Source of the DNA: Candidatus Aminicenantes bacterium
GTDB lineage: Bacteria; Acidobacteriota; Aminicenantia; Aminicenantales; Aminicenantaceae
Assembly: GCA_030669305.1 (NCBI GenBank)
Contig: DAOVDU010000001.1
Span: forward strand, 14,812 to 78,811
Direction of reading: 5' to 3'
Length of the DNA stretch: 64,000 nucleotides
The translations under genes were made by a program, and so were the position numbers. Of the stretch, positions 30,313 through 39,500 are shown one piece after another (position 1 is the first letter of the stretch; every line of letters starts with the position of its first letter). The notes beneath the pieces are model-generated. The model had not been told where the DNA came from, made no database searches, and was given only the letters and a program-made list of their open reading frames with translations.

Positions 30313-30798
30313 TTAAGCGAAGCTCTTTCCCATAAGCATGGCATCTTCCCTGGGATCACTGTAGTAGTTCCTTCTTATCCCCAAAACCTTGAACCCTAAC
30401 TTGTTGTATAAAGAGAGCGCAGCATAATTGGACGGCCTAACTTCCAGCAACACAAACTCTGCTCCTTCTCTCTTGATCTGAACGATAACCTGCCGAATAA
30501 CAGCTTCAGCAATTCCCATCATTCTAAAATCAGGGCTGACAGCAATATTGCTGATTTGGATCTCTTTTTCTACATGCCAATAAATAATGTACCCAATGAC
30601 CTTGTTTAGAGGCCTATAAACAATCACATAAGCGTTCGATATCGGGTAATTATCTATTTCTCCCTTAAAGGAAGAAACATGCCAAGGTTTGGAATAAGAA
30701 AGATTCTCAATTTTTAAAACATCAGGAAGGTCATCCTCCTCCATTCTTCTCAAATAAAAAAAATCCTGGGGGAGTTTAGCTTTCTTAATGACGTTCAT
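30313..30798 (-). CDS. rimI: ribosomal-protein-alanine N-acetyltransferase RimI (GNAT)
   Basis: GNAT motif A region (RMMGIAEAVIRQ). Conserved pairing with tsaB and a 14-nt overlap with it. Confidence 0.75.
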   Translation of the reverse strand: MNVIKKAKLPQDFFYLRRMEEDDLPDVLKIENLSYSKPWHVSSFKGEIDNYPISNAYVIVYRPLNKVIGYIIYWHVEKEIQISNIAVSPDFRMMGIAEAVIRQVIVQIKREGAEFVLLEVRPSNYAALSLYNKLGFKVLGIRRNYYSDPREDAMLMGKSFA

Positions 30799-31465
30799 CC
30801 GCCTGAGACTTCCGAAAGTATAGTGGTTCGACTTTGCAAAAATCCATTCCTTTATTCTCCTTTAATATTTCATAGCCAAGCAGCCCAACCTCGTTGGCTA
30901 TAAAGAGCGAACGTGATGGAAATCTGACCTTATCTTTAAAATACTGAAAAATTTTGTTCTTGTAAACATAAACTCCGGTGCCGATAAAGAAAATTATCCT
31001 GTGGGAAGGAAGAAGTGAGAAGAAGCGATCAGGAGAATAAGCGCCCTGACGAACAATTTCCTTAAGCTCGCTTCCCCTTGAATCGAAAAGAGCAGCATAG
31101 ATCTCGCCTTTTTTGGCATCCAATAAAGGACAGAGAAGGCGGCTCTGCGGGTGCTGTAGCTTTAACGCAAGTGCTTTTAAGGTTGAAACTGGCGCGATTG
31201 GCTTTCCGGAAGCATACGCAAAAGACTTAACCGTACTCAGCCCGATCCTGATTCCTGTAAAAGATCCCGGGCCTACAGCCAATGCAAAACCATCGATGTT
31301 TCTAATCTTCAAACCTCTGTTTTTTAGCAGAAATTGGACAGCCGGAAGAAGCCTTTCGGAATATGTCGTGGAAGAATCTATATTTACCTCGGATAGAAGC
31401 TTAGTATTCTTTAAAATCGCTATTGATCCAGCAGAAGTAGTTGTGTCCACTGAAAGAATTAACAT
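30785..31465 (-). CDS. tsaB: tRNA t6A37 threonylcarbamoyladenosine biosynthesis protein TsaB
   Basis: MLILSVDTTTSAGSIAIL N-terminus and an inactive Kae1/YgjD-like fold. Gene pair with rimI. Confidence 0.8.
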   Translation of the reverse strand: MLILSVDTTTSAGSIAILKNTKLLSEVNIDSSTTYSERLLPAVQFLLKNRGLKIRNIDGFALAVGPGSFTGIRIGLSTVKSFAYASGKPIAPVSTLKALALKLQHPQSRLLCPLLDAKKGEIYAALFDSRGSELKEIVRQGAYSPDRFFSLLPSHRIIFFIGTGVYVYKNKIFQYFKDKVRFPSRSLFIANEVGLLGYEILKENKGMDFCKVEPLYFRKSQADERH

Positions 31466-31618
31466 AGCAGTCCTATCTCCAGTTTAGCGTTTTACTGTAG
31501 TAGAAAAATCCATCGGTTCTTTGTATTTAATATATCATTTAAACCATCGCTCATGGGCTCAATAAATTCTTATTTAATATTATTCAAAGAGTAAAATATT
31601 TTGTCAATGCATATAAAA

Positions 31619-31822
31619 TTCCAAATTACAATTTCCAAATACCAAACAAGCACCAAAATCCCAATGCCCGAAACCTTTTTGGTTTAAGGTTAAATGTTTA
31701 AGGCAAGAGTGGAAATTGGATTAAGGTTGAATGTTTAATGTTTAAGGATTAATACTAAAAGAAAAATATAAATACCTTAAACTTTAAACTTTAAACTAAT
31801 CATTTGGAATTTGGTGCTTTTT
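31619..31822. mobile_element. MITE-like element, copy 3 (most complete, about 205 bp, imperfect ~20-bp TIRs)
   Basis: Left ...AAGCACCAAAATCCCAATG. Right CATTTGGAATTTGGTGCTTTTT, which is the reverse complement ...AGCACCAAATTCCAAATG. Internal core as in the other copies. Confidence 0.55.
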
Positions 31823-32026
31823 ATTTTTAAAGCAAATCTTTAATAGTCGCTGCAACTATTCCGCAAAACCTTCTAGGCGCTCCGAAAATAGGATAATCGC
31901 TATGAAAATAAAATAGCAGGTAGGCTTATTAAATATATATATGCTGGCTGTTGGGGGAAATAAGCAAAAGGGGGTTATGAAGTGTTTACAGCCAGCATAA
32001 ACAATTGTTTTAAATATACATATAAT

Positions 32027-32062
32027 AAAGAAAAAAGTCAATCACCTTTAAAGGTGATTTTT
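32027..32062. terminator. bidirectional intrinsic-terminator-like hairpin (TCACCTTTAAAGGTGA flanked by T/A runs)
   Basis: Perfect 16-bp palindrome with TTTTT on the + side and AAAAAAG on the other. Lies about 110 bp past the last gene of the minus-strand ECF operon. Confidence 0.5.
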
Positions 32063-32166
32063 AAGGGATGATATTTATTAGGAGAAAACCAGAAATACAA
32101 AGAAAAAAGGGAAATGGAAGGATTTTTCCATTTTTCTCAAATGTCTTTCCGGTTGGCGTTAAATTT

Positions 32167-32553
32167 CTATTCCAGCCAAACCTTCACTACTTCGTCGTCT
32201 TCGTAGACTTCAACCAGCACCATCGGACCGAGTTTTTTAAGCTCCGCAAAAATCTCCTTGAGGTCAATATCATAGTCATCACAATCGATTCTCAGATTCT
32301 TATCAGGGCTACATTTGATAAAAATATCAACTAATGAAATTGGAAGTGTAATCCGGACTTTATCTTTTTTCGTGCGGGTATCTGTAACAAGGACCTTGAA
32401 CCACTTCACTTCTGTCCCAGCCTTATACTCGGGATTATTCTTGACAGCCTTCTTGATCGCCTGAATGTTATCCTTGCGCTCGGCCAAGAGAAAGCTCATC
32501 AGAAAAAGGGTCAAAGTGAACACGACTAACACAATAATTGCAGCTTTTTTCAT
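32167..32553 (-). CDS. small secreted protein (128 aa) sharing a C-terminal module with the upstream TPR/HEAT protein
   Basis: Signal/TM MKKAAIIVLVVFTLTLFLMSFLLA. Its C-terminus DLKEIFAELKKLGPMVLVEVYEDDEVVKVWLE parallels DLDKIVKELMEFRGKIIEIKTEKSIIKIWID of the ORF at 32566. Confidence 0.5.
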   Translation of the reverse strand: MKKAAIIVLVVFTLTLFLMSFLLAERKDNIQAIKKAVKNNPEYKAGTEVKWFKVLVTDTRTKKDKVRITLPISLVDIFIKCSPDKNLRIDCDDYDIDLKEIFAELKKLGPMVLVEVYEDDEVVKVWLE

Positions 32554-32565
32554 TGTTGCCTCCTT

Positions 32566-33432
32566 TTAATCTATCCAAATTTTAATAATTGATTTCTCTG
32601 TTTTAATTTCGATGATTTTCCCTCTAAATTCCATGAGCTCTTTGACGATTTTATCCAGATCATAGCCTTCTTTTCTCATTTCAGCCTTCTCCTTTTCAGG
32701 AATAGCGCTTAAAGCAAGATCGGCAAGGGCCCAGGGAATATTTAGAGAAAACTCAGGTTCCTTTTTCCATCTATTAATAATTTTTAAATGGAAAATTCTT
32801 GCCCTTCTCCCGTATCCTTTCTCATCGAAATCTCTCAAGGCATCCGGATCAATACGAAGCAAGTCAATCTTTGCCCGGTCTCTAAGTTCAGCATCCTGTT
32901 CATTCTTTAATATTTCTTTTAAGATTGGAATTCCTTTGCTTGCAATCCTTTTGTCCTTTACATAACTCAGCCTATGGGCGGCATAGTATCTAACAACCTT
33001 GTGTGGACGGGAAAGCCTTGTTTCAATTTCTCTCAAATAGGACTTTTTTCCTTTTTCATAGAGCCTGAAGGCTAAATCTATAATCGAACCTTCAGAATCA
33101 TCGGTTAAACTTACGTTGCGGTCTTTAAGCAGGATGTACTTTTTATACACATTGAGGGCCTCGACCTCGTTTCCTCTCTGTTCTTCCAGACATTTCCCTT
33201 TGTAAAAAAGAGCATGGGAAAACCAGGGACTGTCAGGATATTTCTCCAGAAGCTCTTCCAGCTTTTCCTGAGCTTGCTCCCATTTTTTATCAAAAATGAG
33301 AATCTTAGCTTCCTGGAAAAGTTTCTCATCTGGCAGCGTCTGAGCATTTACTTGAAAGAAAAAGGAAGCTAAAAAAATTATTCCAAAACTTATCGTTATT
33401 TTTCTCAATTTATATATCATTTTATACCTCAC
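32566..33432 (-). CDS. secreted TPR / HEAT(PBS-lyase)-like repeat protein
   Basis: Signal peptide. TPR-like FQEAKILIFDKKWEQAQEKLEELLEKYPDSPW. HEAT-like AAHRLSYVKDKRIASKGIPILKEILKNEQDAELRDRA. Confidence 0.55.
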   Translation of the reverse strand: MRYKMIYKLRKITISFGIIFLASFFFQVNAQTLPDEKLFQEAKILIFDKKWEQAQEKLEELLEKYPDSPWFSHALFYKGKCLEEQRGNEVEALNVYKKYILLKDRNVSLTDDSEGSIIDLAFRLYEKGKKSYLREIETRLSRPHKVVRYYAAHRLSYVKDKRIASKGIPILKEILKNEQDAELRDRAKIDLLRIDPDALRDFDEKGYGRRARIFHLKIINRWKKEPEFSLNIPWALADLALSAIPEKEKAEMRKEGYDLDKIVKELMEFRGKIIEIKTEKSIIKIWID

Positions 33433-34228
33433 TCTTTTCCAATTCCTTTTTCACTATTTTTATCTTCAGCAAAACCTGCCTCTCTACTATTAGATCTTGA
33501 ATTCTCTTAAGCTCTGCCATAGAAATCTGTTCGCTTATCTGAATCAGCTCAAAGAAGAGGAGTTCGATCTGATCGCAGATTGCCTTAGCCTTTGCCATGT
33601 GGAACTTGTCCAACTGCTGATTGATGTATTTTTTCTTCGACAGCAAATCTCTTGCTTTCTGGGAAGCATAATTGCTCTGCCAGAATCCAGCTGACTCATC
33701 TAGAGAAGATTGGACAAAATCTAAAAGTAAGTATTGACTTCTCTCGAGATAATCTATTGTATTTCTCCTGGCCATTTCAAGTTCTGCCCATTCCAAAAAA
33801 CTCTGGGGCACAATAATCTCTCCATTTTTTACCACCTGGAGATGAGGGGTGCGAAAAATCATGAAAGCGACTGCTGCTCCTATTAAAATCCCTAAAAAGA
33901 GTCCTGCATAAACTGGCCTGAGTTTGGGTTGGAATATTGATTGTAAAAAACTTCTGAGCCATGATTGGCGAATCATAGAAGTTCCTTCCTCAAAAGCAGC
34001 CTCTGAAATCTTCTCTTGGAGGGCTTCCCAATCTATAGAGGCCATAACATTTTCTATTTCTGGATTTAAAGAATCCGCTCCATTTTTGACTTCTTTTAAT
34101 CTATCAAGTTCACTCCTGCATAGAGAACATGTATCAAGGTGGGACTCCAAACTTTTCTTTTCATCCCCCTGAAGCTCTCCGTAAAGGAAAGCCACCAAAT
34201 TCTTTTGATATTTCTTGCATTCCTTCAT
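33422..34228 (-). CDS. zf-HC2 anti-sigma factor (single TM)
   Basis: HLDTCSLCRSELDRL zinc-finger motif and TM VYAGLFLGILIGAAVAFMIF. Overlaps the sigma factor gene by 4 nt. Confidence 0.7.
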   Translation of the reverse strand: MKECKKYQKNLVAFLYGELQGDEKKSLESHLDTCSLCRSELDRLKEVKNGADSLNPEIENVMASIDWEALQEKISEAAFEEGTSMIRQSWLRSFLQSIFQPKLRPVYAGLFLGILIGAAVAFMIFRTPHLQVVKNGEIIVPQSFLEWAELEMARRNTIDYLERSQYLLLDFVQSSLDESAGFWQSNYASQKARDLLSKKKYINQQLDKFHMAKAKAICDQIELLFFELIQISEQISMAELKRIQDLIVERQVLLKIKIVKKELEKSEV

Positions 34229-34806
34229 GTTTGTCTCCCCAAATAAGGACTCATTAGAGCCCTAAGATTTTGAACCGCTTTAAAATGGAGAGATTTTACG
34301 GTTCCCAAAGCTATATTTAAAATCTGTGCAATCTCTCTGTATTCAAGCTGGTTGTAATGCTTCATCACAAAAATCATCCGCTGCTTTTCAGATAACTTCT
34401 CCAAACAACTGGAAAATGGCTCTTTTAAATCCGACGAGCCATGGCTCTCATTTGAGTCTGTGGCTGGTAAATTCATCTCATCGATATTTCTTTCTCTATT
34501 AAATGTACTTTCTCTACTGTAATTCTTCCGGTAATAATCTATGCAGATGTTCCTTGCAACCTGGAGAAGCCAACTCTGAAAATTTCTTCCTTTGTGAAAC
34601 ATGTCAGCTTTCTGGTAAAACCTTAAAAAGGTCTCCTGGACAATATCCAGAGCATCCTCTTTGTTACGAAAATAAGAGAAAGCAAGCAAAAAAACCTTTT
34701 TTTGGTAAAGGCGAGTCACAGTCATAAAAGCTTCCCTATCTCCTTCCTTGATTTTTTCAACCAGGGTATATACATTTTCATTCTCTACGACTCTCTCCGG
34801 TTTCAT
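34225..34806 (-). CDS. ECF-type RNA polymerase sigma-70 factor
   Basis: Region 2 (DIVQETFLRFYQKADMF) and region 4 helix-turn-helix (YREIAQILNIALGTVKSLHFKAVQNL). Confidence 0.85.
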   Translation of the reverse strand: MKPERVVENENVYTLVEKIKEGDREAFMTVTRLYQKKVFLLAFSYFRNKEDALDIVQETFLRFYQKADMFHKGRNFQSWLLQVARNICIDYYRKNYSRESTFNRERNIDEMNLPATDSNESHGSSDLKEPFSSCLEKLSEKQRMIFVMKHYNQLEYREIAQILNIALGTVKSLHFKAVQNLRALMSPYLGRQT

Positions 34807-34960
34807 TATTTTTAAATATTAAAAAAAAAATTGGCTTTTTCATTCAAGCCAAATCAGTATTTTGTTCTCCTCATCTTTTCCATTCTTCACCTCATTTGAG
34901 TATCTTCAAAGTGTATTACGGATATACTTTTAAAAAGGTTCATGCTTAGTAAAAGTTTTT

Positions 34961-35201
34961 CTGTTAGTCAGTTAATCCGTTAGTCTGTTTATCTGTTAAT
35001 AAGTTTAATTCATATAATTGATAAAAAAGAAATTATATTAAAATGACGATATCAATAATTACCTATTATCCCCACAAATGGAAGAAGAACCAAATAAGAT
35101 AACTGATTAACTGACTAACCGACTAACAGTCTAACTGATTAACTGACTAACAGTCTAACCGTCTAACCGATTAACCGACTAACAGTCTAACCGATTAACT
35201 G
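34961..35201. repeat. octamer-array element: left array 34961-35000, right inverted array 35101-35201, separated by about 100 bp of AT-rich sequence
   Basis: Read directly. The right array holds about 12 units of TAACTGAC/TAACCGAC type. Confidence 0.8.
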
Positions 35202-35205
35202 AAGC

Positions 35206-36492
35206 TTAGCCGTATTTCATCCACTTCACAATTTCTTTAAAATTCGGGCGTTTTCCGTACATCAAGATTCCCACCCTGTAGATTTTTGCAGTAATCCAGA
35301 TCATCAGAAGTGTGGTCAGGACGAGTAGCACGATTGAACCCGCGATTTGAGTGAAAGGAGGGAGCAGGACACAAATGCGCAGGAGCATTAAAATCGGAGC
35401 GAAAAAGGGAATCATGGATAAAACTACAGAGAAAGAGCTGTTTGGGCTTTTCATCACAAACAACATAAGCAGTATTGGGACAATTAGAAACATTGTCACT
35501 GGCATAACTAAACTCTGAGCTTCTTTTTCCGAGTTCACCATCGACCCGATGGCAGCATAAAGGGTTGCATAAAGAAAATATCCGAGAATAAAGAATATGA
35601 CAAAATAGATGAAAATATAAGACGGAATGGTCGGCACCTCAAACGCAGCAGCCGCAGGGAAAAACCTTAAAATCAAGTCTTTGCTGTACTGCGAAACAGC
35701 AAGTCCAAAGAGGGCCCAGATTGCATACTGTGTAAATCCCACAGCAGCAATTCCCACAATTTTTCCGGTCATGAGCTGAAAAGGCTTTAGAGAAGAAAGG
35801 ACAATCTCGACGACCCTCGAACTTTTCTCTTCAATAACACCTCTCAAGATTATCTGGCCATAAAATATAAGCGTCATGTAGAGGATAAGCACTAATAAAT
35901 AAGAAATGATAAAGGTTCCTCCTGTGTCCTTTTCTACTCCTCTCTTTGTCACTTTTTTGGTCGTTAATTTCACAGGACGCATATATTCGCCTATTTTTTG
36001 GGGATCTAATCCTTCTCCCCTTAACCTTTTCCCGATGATAATGCTGCTTAAAGCCTGGTTGATGTTTCCCCTCTTGTCAAAATCAGATACATGCTCCGAG
36101 ACATATTCAGCCTCTCCTCCTTCTGAGATATCTTTGGGAATAAAAATATAGGCAGAAAGTTCTTTATTGAGGACTTTTTTGTTTAACTCCTGGAGAAGCT
36201 CCTCAATATTGGCAGAAGGCCTAAACTCTTCCAGGAGATATCTACGGGTCCCATCCTTAAGTTTTTGATCCAGTTTATTATCAAGTTCCATAAAAACTTC
36301 TCGAGTTTTATCTATAACACCAATACGTTCCTGTTGGTCAACAGAAATAAACTGGATAGCAACAGGGACTACGATAAAGGCCGCCATGACTACAGGGCCT
36401 AAAATTGTCCCAATTATAAAGCCTTTAGTCCGGATAATCTGAATATATTCTCTTTTAATGACTGACAGTATCTTGTGCATTTTTTTCTCCAA
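35206..36492 (-). CDS. ABC-2 family transporter permease (NatB-like)
   Basis: N-terminal TM, a large extracytoplasmic loop, then 5 C-terminal TMs. Coupled to the upstream ATPase. Confidence 0.75.
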   Translation of the reverse strand: MEKKMHKILSVIKREYIQIIRTKGFIIGTILGPVVMAAFIVVPVAIQFISVDQQERIGVIDKTREVFMELDNKLDQKLKDGTRRYLLEEFRPSANIEELLQELNKKVLNKELSAYIFIPKDISEGGEAEYVSEHVSDFDKRGNINQALSSIIIGKRLRGEGLDPQKIGEYMRPVKLTTKKVTKRGVEKDTGGTFIISYLLVLILYMTLIFYGQIILRGVIEEKSSRVVEIVLSSLKPFQLMTGKIVGIAAVGFTQYAIWALFGLAVSQYSKDLILRFFPAAAAFEVPTIPSYIFIYFVIFFILGYFLYATLYAAIGSMVNSEKEAQSLVMPVTMFLIVPILLMLFVMKSPNSSFSVVLSMIPFFAPILMLLRICVLLPPFTQIAGSIVLLVLTTLLMIWITAKIYRVGILMYGKRPNFKEIVKWMKYG

Positions 36493-37375
36493 CTATATCG
36501 ATGAAAATAGCATTCAATGAAGGTTCTCTGACCTCAAATTTATTGATCTTGATTCTTCCGACCAATTTATTCAATAAATCCTGAGGATCGGTCTGCTCTT
36601 TTATTTTTATTTCCATAAATTTTCCGTAGTCATCAATTTTATCGGTCCCGGGAAAGTTTTTTATAAAACCTGCGTCTCCCTCATAATCCAGAACAACTGT
36701 GTTCTTTCCATACTGCTTTTTTATTTGATTTAAGTTTCCCTCCAATACCCTTTCAGCTTTGTTAATAAGGCAGATATTATTACAAATCATCTCTATCTGT
36801 TCCATACGGTGAGTGGAAAAAATGATTGTTCCCCCCTTCCCTCTCATTTCCAGCATGATATCTTTTAACAATTTTGTGTTTATTGGATCCAGTCCGCCAA
36901 ATGGTTCATCAAGAATTATGATTTCAGGCTGATGGATGACAGTGGCAATAAACTGAAGTTTTTGCTGCATTCCCCGAGAAAGTTCTTCTACTTTTTTTTG
37001 TTTCCAATCTGCGAGGTCAAACCTCTCAAGCCAGAAGTCAATTCTCTTTCGCGCTTCCTGTCTTTTCAGGCCCTTCAAATCTGCCAGAAAAAGAAGAATC
37101 TCCCCTACTTTCATCTTGGGATAAAACCCCCTGTCTTCAGGAAGATATCCTACTCTTTGTTTCATCCCTTCATCCATTTTCCCGTCTAGAACCTTGATCG
37201 CACCTTCATCTGGAATGATAATGTCCATAACCATGCGGATTGTAGTTGTCTTTCCTGCTCCGTTGGGCCCTAAAAGGCCATAAATACTTGCTTTTGGGAT
37301 GTTGAATGAAAGGTTTTTCACTGCATAGAAATCACCAAACCTTTTGGAAATGTTTTCAATCTCAAGAGCGTTCAT
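36455..37375 (-). CDS. ABC transporter ATP-binding protein (ABC-2 type)
   Basis: Walker A GPNGAGKTTT, signature LSRGMQQKL and Walker B IIILDEPFGGLD. Confidence 0.9.
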   Translation of the reverse strand: MNALEIENISKRFGDFYAVKNLSFNIPKASIYGLLGPNGAGKTTTIRMVMDIIIPDEGAIKVLDGKMDEGMKQRVGYLPEDRGFYPKMKVGEILLFLADLKGLKRQEARKRIDFWLERFDLADWKQKKVEELSRGMQQKLQFIATVIHQPEIIILDEPFGGLDPINTKLLKDIMLEMRGKGGTIIFSTHRMEQIEMICNNICLINKAERVLEGNLNQIKKQYGKNTVVLDYEGDAGFIKNFPGTDKIDDYGKFMEIKIKEQTDPQDLLNKLVGRIKINKFEVREPSLNAIFIDIVGEKNAQDTVSH

Positions 37376-37470
37376 GTTATTATCCTTTTTTTTTAAATCA
37401 GTTAACCAGTTTGTCGATTATCTATTTTAGAATAAACATAAAAAAAAGCAAATTTCTATTTTGTGGATTA

Positions 37471-37553
37471 TTGATTAACAGATTAACTGACTAACTGATT
37501 AACTGACTAACTGACTAACTGACTAACTGACTAACAGATTAACAGATTAACAG
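37471..37553. repeat. octamer array (about 10 units TAACTGAC/TAACAGAT) in the divergent spacer between the ABC operon and sppA
   Basis: Read directly. Confidence 0.8.
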
Positions 37554-37651
37554 AACAAAAAATTCTATAGTTCCATGATGTCATATTTTCTGTTATATTT
37601 AATCCTAAAAACTCTGACAAGAATATTTCGACAATTTGAGTAGGAGGAAAA

Positions 37652-39367
37652 ATGAAAAAAGGAACATACGTCCTGATCATATTTTTAATTTTTTTCTTTA
37701 TAATCCTCGCAACAATCGTTTCTTTCATTTATTTCGAGTTTGGGAGGCCTCCGGCAATAAAAGCTCGCTCTTATCTTGAAGTCAAGCTTTCAGGAGGGCT
37801 GCAAGAGAAAGCAGCTCCTGATTTTCTGATGAGTATGTTTATGGGAAGAAAACCTCTTTCGATGTATGATATCTGGATGAATGTACAAAAAGCTAAAGTT
37901 GACAGACGTATTAAAGGCCTTATTTTGCGCCTTGGTTATATTCAGTGCGACTGGGCAAAAATAAACGAACTTAGGGAAATCATCCTGGATTTTAGAAAAT
38001 CAGGGAAAAAGGTATATGCTGTCATCGATGAGGCCATTGATTTTGACAAAGAATATTATCTGGCTACTGCCTGCGACAAAATTATCCTTCATCCTCAGGG
38101 TTTGATGGTTATAAACGGAATCGGTGGCTACATTCCATTCATTAAAAAAACTCTGGATAAGCTCGGTGTCGAAGCTGAAGTAGAACACGTGGAAGAATAC
38201 AAGACAGCCTCTAGCATGTTTACAGAAGAAGGGTTTACTCCAGCACACAAAGAGATGATGGAATCAATCTATGAAAATATTTTTTCTCAATATATCAAAG
38301 TCATTGCAGAGACTAGAGGAAAAAGCGAGACAGAAATAAAAAAACTTATCGACCATGGTTATTTCCAGGCTAATAAAGCAAAGGAATCGGGTTTAGTCGA
38401 TGAACTCCTCTATGAAGACGAATTCGAAAGTTTTCTTCAGGAGGAAGGAGAAAAAATACACAAAATCACATATGAGCAGTATTCAAAGATTAAACCTTCC
38501 TCTCTTGGTTTAAACAAAGGAAAAAAAATTGCATTGATTTACGGAATAGGACTTATCCACACCGGCGAAGGCCTTCTCGGTCAAACCATGGGCAGTTCAA
38601 CAGTAGCACGGTTGATAAGAAGAGCTCGGAAGGATAAATCTATTGCAGCAGTAGTGTTTCGAGTAGACAGCCCCGGAGGTTCATCCGTGGCATCAGACAT
38701 CATAGGAAGGGAAGTAGCCTTAACCAAAAAGGAAAAACCTGTAATTGTTTCCATGTCTGATGTTGCTGGATCAGGCGGATACTGGGTTTCCATGGCTGCC
38801 CATAAAATCGTTGCACAACCTCAAACACTTACAGGATCTATTGGAGTTGTTTTCACTAAATTCAACCTGGTAAAACTATATGAAAAAATTGGAATAACAG
38901 GAGAAAAACTCACCTACGGAAAAAGGGCAGACATATTTTCTACATTCAGAAGACTCACACCTGAAGAAAGAGACTTCATCAAGCAAGAAATTCTGTGGAC
39001 CTATGAGCAATTCCTGATCAAAGTCGCAGATGGCAGGAATATGAAAAGAGAGGAAGTTGACAAGATCGGAAAAGGCCGTGTCTGGACCGGAAGCCAGGCA
39101 AAAGAGCAGGGCCTGGTAGATGAAATCGGAGGGCTGTCAAAAGCAATAGAGCTAGCAAAAGAATTAGCAGGTATTCCCGCCGATGAAGAAGTTAAGCTTG
39201 TAGTCTGGCCCAAAAAAGTCTCATTCTTTAATGCCCTTATCAGAAAAAGATTGTCATATACAAACCTTGGCCTTAATCCCAGATTGGAAAAAATGTTTTC
39301 TACGTTTAAGGTGCTTGAGAGAGAAAGAACCTTGGTATTAATGCCCTTCTGGATTGCACCTGAATAA
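37652..39367 (+). CDS. sppA: signal peptide peptidase SppA (protease IV, 67K two-domain type)
   Basis: N-terminal TM and two ClpP/crotonase-like domains. The S49 active-site region is DSPGGSSVASD. Confidence 0.85.
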   Translation: MKKGTYVLIIFLIFFFIILATIVSFIYFEFGRPPAIKARSYLEVKLSGGLQEKAAPDFLMSMFMGRKPLSMYDIWMNVQKAKVDRRIKGLILRLGYIQCDWAKINELREIILDFRKSGKKVYAVIDEAIDFDKEYYLATACDKIILHPQGLMVINGIGGYIPFIKKTLDKLGVEAEVEHVEEYKTASSMFTEEGFTPAHKEMMESIYENIFSQYIKVIAETRGKSETEIKKLIDHGYFQANKAKESGLVDELLYEDEFESFLQEEGEKIHKITYEQYSKIKPSSLGLNKGKKIALIYGIGLIHTGEGLLGQTMGSSTVARLIRRARKDKSIAAVVFRVDSPGGSSVASDIIGREVALTKKEKPVIVSMSDVAGSGGYWVSMAAHKIVAQPQTLTGSIGVVFTKFNLVKLYEKIGITGEKLTYGKRADIFSTFRRLTPEERDFIKQEILWTYEQFLIKVADGRNMKREEVDKIGKGRVWTGSQAKEQGLVDEIGGLSKAIELAKELAGIPADEEVKLVVWPKKVSFFNALIRKRLSYTNLGLNPRLEKMFSTFKVLERERTLVLMPFWIAPE

Positions 39368-39368
39368 A

Positions 39369-39500
39369 ATCTGTTTATCTGTTAATCGGTTAGTCTGTTT
39401 TGTCTGTTCTGAAATAAATAACTGACTAAATTGTCTAAGCTAATTCCTTGTCTTGCCTGTCTTGCCAGCGAAGCGTTGTCTTGCCTGTCTTGCCCTTTCT
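39369..39500. repeat. degenerate octamer hairpin (39369-39440) plus a third repeat family (TTGTCTTGCCTGTCTTGCC x2 around AGCGAAGCG, 39447-39500)
   Basis: Read directly. Related sequence recurs at 47941-48035. Confidence 0.6.

Noticed and set aside
31856-32041. A 61-aa ORF (MTFFFIICIFK...) lies in the spacer after the ECF operon.
   Set aside because: It has Phe/Ile-rich low complexity and overlaps predicted hairpins. There is no ribosome-binding site and no homology I recognise. It is more likely structured non-coding DNA.
35001-35100. A 19-codon ORF (MTISIITYYPHKWKKNQIR) sits in the 100-bp spacer between the inverted octamer arrays.
   Set aside because: It is too short, has no ribosome-binding site and lies in an AT-rich loop. 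It is likely fortuitous.
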